Shown: one piece after another, positions 1 to 12,000 of the stretch
How positions within the stretch are numbered: position 1 is the stretch's first letter
How the letters are laid out: each line of letters starts with the position of its first letter
DNA from: an uncultured Clostridia bacterium
Lineage (GTDB): Bacteria > Bacillota > Clostridia > Christensenellales > UBA1242
Direction of reading: 5' to 3'
Assembly (NCBI GenBank): GCA_944372445.1
Contig: CALVZE010000004.1
Location: 1 to 58,585, forward strand
Length of the DNA: 58,585 nucleotides
Program-made: the position numbers and the translations under genes
Notes under the pieces: model-generated
Databases searched by the model: none
Told to the model about the DNA's origin: nothing
Seen by the model: the letters and a program-made list of their open reading frames with translations, nothing else

Positions 1-3000
1 CAAAGTTATATTCTTCAAGTCGAACATCTCTACCGTAATTTACAAAGACATCACCATAGGAATATGCGCTCAAAATACTACTTTTTTCCGTTGAAGTTTT
101 CGAAACACCAATGACGCCACCAACTGTAAGGTTATACCCTTCGCTAGCATCAAACACAACCTTTCCGCCAAAACCAGAAGTTCTAACTTTGTATGAAGTT
201 GTTTTCGCATCGGCAATGACACCACCAACCACAACATTTTCGCATTTTCTAAATTCGTATGAGCTTTTGTTTATATAGTTTGCAATTGCTAATTTGTTAA
301 CAGTTTCACTGCTTACACAACCAATGACACCACCGACATATATATCTCCAATTGTATTTCCAATAGTTACAGAATCATTTGAAGTCATTGGTTTCACATC
401 TTGACCCGTGCCAAGCTCAACAGATGAGGCTCCGCTCGTTGCACCAACAAGTCCGTAATAAATGTTTGTTTCAAATTGCGACCTCTCATTGGCAACCATA
501 TACAAAGTATTATTTGTTTCAAAAGATTCGGCGCTTAATGATCCATTTAAATTACCTATAAGCGAACCAATATATGCTTTGTCCCATGCAAATGTCCCAA
601 TATAATCTGGACCCGGCACGCGCACATTGGTTTTTACCGTGTTATCAATGGAAATTAAGTTCATTTCCGCCTGTCCAATAAGGCCTCCAATATAAGCCGT
701 CGTTGCACTGCCATTTTTTAATATAGTCCTTGGAGCCTCATGTGTTATTTTTCCTGCTACATTGAAGAAAACCTCACGCTCAACATTAGTGCTTATTGAC
801 ATAGTTCCACTGCCTGTCACTTTACCAAAACCTAAGCCTACATATTCCGTTCCTACACTTAGTCCTTGATTTATGGTTATGCCATTAATAGGATAGTTAT
901 CATCACTTAAAACACCTTCAATAACAGTGAAATTTGCTCGTCCAAAGTAAGCGCCAACATATAATTCTTTAAGAGCGTCGGCAACTATTGGGTCATTAAG
1001 CGAAATTGCAATATTATAGTCATTTTCAAGATACCTATTTAAAGATGTCATTCTAAATGTAGAAATATTGGCGCTGTCATCAATGGAGCTGTCGCCTGCA
1101 AGCAGTCCAAAGAATAATGAGTATGATTTATCCGAAGTTCTGTCAAAATCGACCTTAATTGTGGCTTTATTTATTAGACTTCCCGAGCTACCTTGCGTCT
1201 TTTCTTCTACTGCAAAGTTGATGTTAGAAATCGTCATGCCCTTATATGGCGAATTTTGAACCATTCTGCCCGCAAGAATTCCAAAATACTGACTTTCACC
1301 ATCCAAAAGGTCTGATGCTGAATCGTTGAAAAGAATATCACTTGCGTTAGTGTCAGCGTCTTTATCTCTTCTAAAGATGATGTTTATATTTAGGAAATCA
1401 GAAGATACCGCTTCTGCTGTAAGTAGTCCCGCCATGCCAGAGGTGTCAGCTTGCAAGGTGAGAGAGCTATTAAGGTGAATATCAAGATTGGTAAATGTTG
1501 CATTTGTCGCTGTTCTAGCCACCAAAAGCGAAGTGTAGCCTGACTTGGTTGTTTCTATCTCTTCATTGACATAGTAGATATTTAGACCATTCAACTCAAA
1601 GCCATAGTCGACGCTTTTGAAGATAGGTTGGTCTAGGATTAGTCCAACATTTTCGCCTGCCGTGCCACCGAGAACATACCCACCTTCACCTTTTACCACA
1701 ACATCTTGCGATGAGATAACGCCCTCACTTCGTGTCTTCATATATTCTTCATAGGAAATGAATTTTCCAGAGAAATTCGTTGCCCTGTCCATTGCGTCAA
1801 TAATCGGCTCGCCGTTTTCATAAGAACCGGTGAGATTGACATCTGTGTAGCCACCGCTTGGATTATCCGGTTCAATCATACCACGAACGACAACTGTCAG
1901 CGAAGAATTGCTGTGGATAGCCTCCATAACACTGCGTATGCTCTCTTCATAAGCATCCAAAAAGACAACATTTGTGCGAGGTGTCAAAACAATTCTTGGA
2001 TAAAGAGTGTTAACTTCATGCTCCCAATAGTTAGGGTCCCAATCATTTCTTAGGAAATATTGGTTCATCTTGGTATACCCTAGCTCCATTGTCGGCAAAT
2101 CTTTCATCCATTCAACTTGCATAATTCTGTCATTGGTAATTTGCGAAGTTACTGTTTCATCAAGGCTAGAATTTACCACTTTTATCAAGGAGTCAGTGTA
2201 ACCAAATATATAGTTATATCTAGTTGCTAGATTAACGGTCACATCGTTTTGAGCGAGATACAAAGCAGAAACGGCAATGCTGGTTGTTGGAGATTCTCCA
2301 CCTGCCAAACTGCCACCCGAAACAACATCATAGTGACCATTCAAATTATCTAAAAGATAGATATGAGATGGCGTTTTAAAAGATATGTTTCCGCCGTCCA
2401 TAACATCGGTTTCAAAACCACCAATAAGTCCAAAAAGTTTACTCATATTGTCAGTGTTGTTTTCATAATACGGCATGGTGTTGACATTTTTAAGCCCAAC
2501 AATGCTATCGCTTGTAATCAAGCCTATCGCTCCACCGCCCTGCATGTTTGTTGTTGTGTTTAAAACACCACTGAAATATGTTTCGTTCATGAAGTAAGAA
2601 ATTTGACTGCGAGATAGCATGGTTTCTGAGGTGTAATAATAATCAGCATTGACAGCACCCACAAGTCCGCCAAAATAACCTTCATAGTCATCATGATTTG
2701 ACATATTTGAAACGACATTCAATCTGTTGTATGAGGTTGTGATGTAACCACCACCAGCATAGCCTACAAGTCCGCCAACAAAGTAAGGATTATTGTCTTT
2801 GTTTACTTTGTCATTTTCTTCCGCTGTATAAGAGAAGATACTTGTTTGTCCACGCTCTACGGTTGTTCCGCCATTATAGTAAGAATACATATTTTCTTCA
2901 ATTGTGTCTTGCAGTTCTCTTGAATACTCTGCATAGCTAGCAAACAGTCCGCCATAACTTTCACCAACGATACCGCCAGCATATAGATTTTTAGCGGTGA

Positions 3001-6000
3001 TATAGGAAGGATTTGTCAAACCCATGTCAGCATCAAGCTCTAAGCCCATATCATAACCGATTGTGGTTGCACTTAGATAGCCGACAAATCCGCCAGCAAC
3101 CTCGCCGTAAATATTGATTGAATTATAAATTCTAATCGTTGAAAGGTCATAGCTACTATAATCCACAGAGCCCGTATATGTCACATTTTCTTCATCTTCA
3201 TACTGATAGATGTCAACATACCCCGCAAGTCCTCCTGCGTATGACAAAGAACTTATATTTCCTTTTAGTGAGCCACCAGCCTCTATTATCATCTTTAATG
3301 TTTCGCCGACCAAATTGTCGTTTGGAATAACTATACCATTGCCATTAGGTTCATACCTAACCTCTTTATTTTCATCGTAATAGTTTGCTGCGACATCGAT
3401 ATCTTCTATTATAATATCAGACAACTTTGAATTTCCAAACACAGCACCAACAACACCGCCAACGATATTATGTCCGTGGATAGAGATAGCCACAAGCATG
3501 TCTTCTTCATCTCTTGCGTCCACAGGATTTAAGGTTAAGCCCACAAGGCGAGAGTCTATGGCAGTGCCGGCAAGTGTTCCTACTATGCTTGCATTACCAT
3601 TATGAACAGAGGCAACTTCAAGCCCTAAATTCATAATGCTACCGTCTTTAATGCGTGCAAATAGTCCGTAGTTTTCTACAACACTTGAACTTTCCAAACT
3701 CATATTGTGAATGGTAAAGCCATTGCCGTCAAGAATACCCGTAAAGTCTTTTGTTGTGGTGGTAAGTCTTATCGCGTTATTATCATCAAGATTTTGGTCA
3801 ATCGTGCCAAAATCAATATCGCTCACAAAACGATAGTGACCAAACACCTCATAGTCATTATAATATTGCTTATAAGAAGATATTTCAACATCAGTCGCCT
3901 TGCCTGTTGCCTTTGCAAAGTCTTCCGAATTTCTTATTATGATAGGATTGTTGAGAGAGCCATATGAAAGGTCAACATACGCTCTTGTAGAGTAATCTCT
4001 AAGCGTGCTGTAAAAGAGTGAATATTCTTCTTCATTTTCTTCGTTATAGACAATATATCTATTTGAAAAAGCTATATGGTCAGCACTAGCAAGAGTTATA
4101 CCGTCATCGCCTCCCTGCATTGTCCAAATGCCGTCAAGCGCGCCTTCCGTTGATGTAAAGCTGAAACGATAATATATGCTTTCATCATTAACTCTTGAAA
4201 TTGCATATGCGCCTATATCATAATTCGATTGTATATCAATATTGCGCTCGTCACTGTAATAATAGCAGTAAGAAATCCCAACATCATTTTTATTTAAGCT
4301 GTTGCCTTTTTCATCAACGCCAGAGAAACCCATATTGTTGATGTATGAACTGTCTTCTTCTGACATCTTGACCTGCGCAAAGCACAGTGAAACGATGCCT
4401 TCTGTGTCGTTTTCATATATAAAGCCAGCCGACAGATAACTTCTTGCTTCGTCTATTTCTATGGCAAAATTAACATAAGAATTTTTGATTGTGCCGTTGT
4501 TGTAATAACTAAATCCGCCAACTTTACCGGTAGCTGAAATGGTCGAACCGTCATAGAAATATTCGTCGGAGCTATCAGACTGATAAGCGCCTTTAACATA
4601 AGATGTGTTGATATTGCCGTTGTTGTGTCTGACAAATCCAGCAGTTTCAGAGAGTGTTGTTCTCATGCTGTTAATTATCTCAACATTGCTTGCGAAGGAA
4701 GCGGAAATTGTGCCTGTGTTTTCACCTACAAAGCCTGAAACATAACCTTGACCTTGAACTGTAAAGAGAGAAAGCGACATTTCATCATAATATCTCTCGT
4801 CAAATTCTTCACGGATATATTTATATGTTTCACCGCCAACACGCGAATTTGTCACAACATTGTTATTAGTTAAAACAAAGCCTGCAATATTCACATTTTC
4901 AGGACTAATATCACCCGTGGTTAAATCGGTTGCTTGACCGCCATTACCTTTAACAAAATTTACTACAATACCGGTGTCACCCGACAATCTGCGAAGAGAA
5001 TTGTTTACATCATAGAAGGAAACAACATCTGAGTTATAGATTATACCATTGTTTACAAGAGCAAATCCGGCAATATTAATATTTGTGTAAGTGTTGACAT
5101 TGACAGTAAGTTGACCGCCGTTATAAACATTCACCCTAACATTTTTGATAGTTGTGTTTTCAGTAACCTCGCTGAATAGTGCAAGATTTAACTCGGTGGA
5201 AGAAGTATTGTAATTAAAGGAATTTAAGAAGATTGTATAGCCGTTACCGTCCAAGCTGTTTACATACTCAGTAGTTAAAGGAGTGTAATTTGTAAGCACG
5301 ATATCATTCATCAAAATATAATCGCCTGTTTCTAAATTGCCTTCACTATCTTCATTTCCGTTCATATATCGCAAGAATTCCTCTGCTGTATAGATAGGAA
5401 TAGGCACTTCTTCATCCGTCCAAATCTCCACTCTCACAACAAAATCATAATCGTATTCAAAGGTATTATTGCCAATAATTATAAAGGTTTTAAGTCTTAA
5501 AAGAACACTGCCCGATTGCTTGCCTTTAATTGTGATGCCATTACCAGATGTCCCACCGCTGAAATCAAAAGTGGAATTTTCAAGGAAGCTTCCTTGATTT
5601 ACATTATAGATAGCCGTCGCTGAGCCGTCACTGTTTACATAATAAAGCCTATCTCTTAGTGAAAGAGCCTCATATCTACCCGTCGATGTGTTGAATTTAC
5701 AGTTGATATAATAAGAATTAGCTTCATCTCTATAATAACCATCCGCTCTAAAATCACTGCGTTTTGCAAGTAATTCATTGACCGCTTTTACTTCATCGAC
5801 ATTTGCCGTGTTATAGTTATAACTCTCAGGATTGATTTGGTAGTCAAAGCTTAGAGTTGAGCTTGCATTGATATACGAATGAAAAGCATCATACTCCTGT
5901 CCGCCATAAATTATTGTGGAAGCGGAAGAAGCGACACCAACCTCTTCGGGATCTATTGTGAAATCTACAAGATAGATTGTGGCATAGCTATATTTATATG

Positions 6001-9000
6001 TCGCTCTGCCATTCACATAGCCAACAACTGAGGCTTCGACTGTAAACGAACCTGTGCTAGCACCATTTGCAAGTTTGGAAAGAACACTCGTGTTTATGTG
6101 TGCCGTGTAGGTAGTGTAAGTGCCATGGTCAACCGCTTCAATATTTGTCATTGTGATATAATCGCCATGACCGCTAAGGTATATGCTGTCTAAGGTTTGG
6201 TCGTTGTCTACTTCCACTGTGACGGTCGCCGAACTACTCTTAGCTAAAATAACCGAAGTTTCGCCGTTGACACGCACAACCGCCTCTTGTATGTAATCTA
6301 TCGAATATGAACTTGTCGAAGTTGTAAGCACCTCATCTCCGTCATAGAAGGTGAAAGTGATATTTATCACAGAGTTTGCTGTGAAGCTTGAAGAAACATA
6401 AAGACGGAAATAGTAAGTGCCGTTTGTTAAATCATCATCGGTTGGCGTCACCATAAGTCCGCGTTCTGTGGAGTTCAGCGAATTAAGCGACTCTGTTGTT
6501 GATGTGTTTATATAGTAACCATAGTATTCCTTATACATAAGTCTAGACAGGCTCACCGTTCCTGCTGAGGCGTTAGATAAAGTATATGTCACCTTAAAGT
6601 TAGACATATGAGCAAAATTAGGATTTACTTCAAGCGCTAGTATTGTTTCTGTTCCCGGAGTGATAGTTGAAGTAATTTGGTCGGTTCTAACATAATACCA
6701 TGTATTATTTCTAAGTTGTTTACCGCTAACCATGTAGTTTACAACATTGACATTCTCAATTGTTTGCTTTTGAACAAGCAGACTTATCGTTCTAAGATAT
6801 TTGTCGCTGTTTTTCTGACTTTCTGGACGAACAAAAATCTTTAAGTTATAATCTTTATCGACTTTATGCCTATAATTTCTGTTGACACCTATAAGCACGC
6901 TGTAACTTAAACTGCTTTCTGCCTTGGTGATAGAAATATCAAGCACTAAATTATCGTTTATCGTGATCGTTCCGTTATTCTTATCATTATATATAATATT
7001 ATATATATCATCTTCATAACCTATTTGAATGTTGATTTTGTCGTTCATATTATCTGACACTAAATCTGCCTTAAACATCTGCGTTTCATGAGGCTTTAAC
7101 CGTAGCGCTGTGCTATCAACCACAAGTGAATTAGCTCCATCGTAAGAGGAAAGAGAAATCGTCCTTTGATTGTTCTCTTTTATCGCCTCGGCGTAAGAAG
7201 AGTGTTTATCTTCAAGATTTTTTAATCCGAGTGAGATTTTCGCTGACACATAGCCGTTTTCACGGGCATTTTCTGCCTCATAGACAATCGTTCCACCTAC
7301 AACCTGAGAGGAGAAGTAAGTTAATGTTTCAGTCTCCTTTTCAAACACATTAGATTCATCAAATTCGTTATAATATTCATAATCGTCTAAGATAAGAGTG
7401 TATCTTTCGCCATAGAGATACAAGCTGTCATCTACAACAATGTTAATGCTTTGTGTATTATCAATGCCTGTTTGAATATTGACAATCTGATTGTCGCGAA
7501 TTTCGGCGCCGTTTATTGTTGTAACAAAGGTCGGAATAGCGTCTAAAATCATAATTTCAAAAGTTTTCGTTTCACTAAAATCAGTTCTACTTACGAGAGT
7601 TAAAACCACCGTTCTATCAACTAAATTATCTGTTGTTTTCTGAGTTATAATGGCAGAATTTGAGAAGGAAGCATATTCTTGATTGTTTACAGAAACAAGC
7701 AAGCTTTCCGCTTCTCTTTCGGTGACACCAAACAGCTCGCTAACTGAAATTGTGTAATAGCTTTTTAGCTCGCCATTTGCAATATCTCCCGTAATCGGCT
7801 CTTTGACATTATAGTTATATAAAATGCCATTTACACCATTATCAACCGCCAAACTTTTGCCGTCAACTGTATGAATGGTTTGAGCAACCGAAACTTTTGG
7901 TGTCTGCGTAACATTCTTCAAATAAGGATAGCCAAAGTTAATTTCAGTTGAAATATTTTCAATCTCCCAGATTGAACTGTCAAGCGACCAAACGGTATTT
8001 CCTAAACTTTCGTATGTCGCAGAATAAACATTACCATCACCAGCATAATAGGTAAATTTAGGATAATACAACCCCTCTTGCAAGTAGTAATTAGAAATAT
8101 AGGAATTTTTAATGGTAACGTTTGAATTTTGTGGCGCCAAAAGCGCATAATCGCCCATAAACGCAAAGGAAGTTTCAATCGCATTTGAACCTGTTGCATT
8201 GATTGTTCCTGCGATAGCGTTGAAAGCAATATTTGCAGAAATATTATTTGTATAACTACCAATCTTGCTACTACCAATGCCGTTATTGAGATTGAAAGCA
8301 TAGACATAGGAATCTCTTATAGTAGAATTCTTGCCATCAGCACCAAAGTAGCCAACAAGTCCGCCAACCGTGCCACCTAAAAATTTATTAGGCTTGTCAC
8401 CTGCAAAATTATAGAATTCCACGCCAGAGCCAGAAATCAAACCAAAGCTGTAACCTGCAACACCACCGACATAACTTGCTTCTGCCGTGTTCATGTTGAC
8501 GCCGTAGACTTTGCAATCTATGATATTTCCAGCGTTTACGCCTGCGATTGCACCCGCATAAGTGCCTTCCCCAAAATTATAACTTCCGCTGACACTGCTT
8601 GAAACATAATTTTTGCTTTCGTCATCATAAATGACATCAACATTGACATTTTCAACTGTCGGCTTTAAATATGTATTGTTAGAGATATTTATTGTTTCTC
8701 CTTTAATCTCTCTTGCAACAAATGCGCCTCCTGTGACTGAACCTTGAATATTTAAGTCTTTAATAACGCCTGAAAGTGAGTTAACCAAACTTTCACCGTT
8801 TATCGTAAGCATAACATTGTCGTTATCACCAAAAATCATACCTGAAAAATCAAAGCTTTTCCAATTATTTAAAGTGATATCATTCATCACGCGATAATAT
8901 AGTGTTGGATTTAGTTTTATCGCATTAAAATCTTCCTCGTTATAAACGCGAATGGCTGTTTCTTCACTTTTCCCGTCTGCAACCGTCACTCTTATTTGCA

Positions 9001-12000
9001 CGATAATGTCTTTATAATACACCTTTTCGTTGTCATTATTTAAGAAGTAGTTTAAAGCGCCGTTTTCACCATTTACCACTTCACTATACCAATTATGAAT
9101 TTCATCAAGTGGACGATAATAAGGTTCATATTCACCATCTACAAGTTTGTAAGTCAAAGCATTTTGCGTTCCTCTTTCAATCTTTATCATATCGGCAGGA
9201 AGTAGGTATAGATAACCCCAACCGCCTTGGCTTGTATCTCTAATAGACAAGGTAAAAGACTGACCTAGCGAAGAAGTTGTAATCTGTAAGATGTTTTGAT
9301 TGTTGTCCATAGGCTGATAATAGTATGTAAGCTCTTTATTATAAGCCTCATTTGGAGCAACCGACATATTGATTGTATATGATTTGTCAGTGCTATCGTC
9401 AGAGGCGAGATTGAGATAGACTTGAGAAGTTATGCCTCCATTCAACCACTCTATCTTTTCCACCCTATCGACTTGACGAATAGTCACATCTATTATTTCT
9501 GGGAAAATGGAATTTTTGAAAGCATATTGGATTTTAATCGCCTCGCCAACAACATTTTGGAATTTTGTCGATTGTGCGCTTATGTTAAATCTAAGTTCAT
9601 TGCCAACAATTCTAAAATTGGTCAAAAGTAGATAATCGTTGTAAATATATGATATCTCACTAAGCGAGAGCATTTTTTCAAAATTGTTTTCCTGTCCTAT
9701 TAAAGAAGCGTTTATTTCCTTATCATTATTTGTAACATAACTCGTGCTGGTGCCTAGAATAACCTTAAAATAAGACAAATCAGAGTATGTCGCCAGATTG
9801 TCGTCACCTCTTAAAGTCAAACTAACATCCACCGAACTTAAAGCCTCATCATTGACCGACAAGCTCTCTTTTGAAAGAAGAGTTGTTTCAGCTATATCGC
9901 TTCTAAGAGAGGTAACAGGATAAAAACTTTCTAATCTAAAAAATCTGACAAAAGTAACTGAATTATGTTCTTCGTCATAACCGAAGAAGCGAACCATAAT
10001 ATAGATAACAAACTGAGAATTGCTAACTCTAAGCTCGCCATTAGTAAAAGTAAAATAATTATAATCGTTGTTAGCGCCTGTATTAAAATTGTTGTATAAT
10101 CCACGATCTATTATGCCTTGAATGGTAAGCAACTCAAACTCTTCATCGCTAATCTGAGCAGCTGTGCTATCAAGGTAGAAGAACTGATATCCTGCTAAAA
10201 CATTAGAGGTATCTAATGTTGCATTTTGATAATCAAGTAAGAGCGAAACATTTGAGCCTGCTGAAACAAGTAAACTTGACAAACTCATATCTTCGTTGCC
10301 TTCGACTATCTCTCCGCCAGAGAGAACATAGCTTTGATTTTCGCTTTTTTCATCGTAAATGTTATTAGCGCCTTTGCTATTGTTATAAATTGACACTGTC
10401 GCAAGAGGATTGAACGCCTCAATTGTCACACTGTTGGAATTTAGACCTGATTTATGATTGAAGTTAAAGGAGGTAAAATCTCTAAACTCAACACCGTTTA
10501 AACTTACGGTTACCTTTACAATCATATACTGCTCTTCAACCTGCCCTGAACGCCTGTATTCTTCCATAGAAATATTGAAATTTTTATTATTGCTTTTTTC
10601 TAACGAAAGTCCTTCAATGGATGAAATACCACTGATTTTAAAATAGTATTCCTTCGCATCAGCAACACCAAGCGCATTTCTAGCTGAGGAAATATATTTA
10701 GTTGCCGAATAATCATCTGTGGAGCCAGTCTCTTCTCCTTGATCGTCAAAGAATACCTCTTCAACTTCCATAGTAGAACCCATGGTTATATGATAGAGAT
10801 TTGCTGTGATAGTTTCTGTGGCAATAGCAGGATTTCCAGTTGCTATAAAGTTTATTTCAAAGCCGTTAATCGAATTTTTTCCGCTCAAATCACCACTTCT
10901 AAAATATAGCGCTGTGCCGTTTGGAATTTCTTTTGTTATATAAGTAGACGCCGAACCGTCTACGCGTGACCACTCAATTTCTACGCCTGTGTTTCTATTG
11001 TAGATATGAAGAACATCATCCACACTATCAATATTAGTCAATCCACCGATATTCACTCTCACCTGATAGGTGCTGTTAGTTAAAGGAATGTCATCAGGAT
11101 AAACATTGCAAGAAAGAAGATAGCCTTGAGAGTTATAATACTCCGAATATAGGTCGATGACTTGTCCACCAACATCATTACCAGCACTATCTCTAATTAC
11201 AACGCTTTCAGGAACAAAAGAAAGATTTAAAATTGCTTCTTTTTCTAGTTCATCTCTTGTGTTAATTGAATAGATATATTTGCTGTAACCTAACTCTAAT
11301 CCAAAATATAACTCGCCAAAACGCTTTTCCATAGTGAAGTCATCATAAAGAGCATTGATAGTAAAATCAATAGTCAATGCAGAATTTACACCATCATAGC
11401 TTCTTTCAGTAATTGTAAACTTGAAATATTCTCTCGTGTCCACCTCTCTGCCACTGTCTTTAAGATATGCTTTTGGAGTAATTGTCATCTTTTCATCAAA
11501 AGTATTTATAACAACTTGACCTGTAATCTCAGAAGGAGCATCATCGGTTGTTGAGCTATTGTTTCTAACAAGGTCAATTTCGACATTTTTTCCTTCGCCA
11601 AGCAAAGAGTTTCCATTAATTGAAAAAGCCCCAATTGTAGAATTTTCGATAACTTGAAAGTCTATCTCTTGCGACAACTCTTCATTGCTTTGCACAATGG
11701 CGTGAACGGTAATTTTAGGGTTAGTATAGCCATTATATACATAAAGTTTATTGTCTTCTATCTTCGCAGTTGTCACAACCTCTGTTCCATTACTTTGAGC
11801 AAACTCTGTCACATATTCACCCGTGTTCACATCTTTTAACATCCAAACAACATCTTTGACATTTGCATCAGCTGGTGCAAAAGATATGTATTTATCAACA
11901 TCAAGAAATGTTCCACTACCTTCCTTAACAACAAAGAGTGAAGTGCGTCCGTCAGCGTCATTTTGGTCGATTATGCTTGTGGAGGTAGGAATTGTCAACA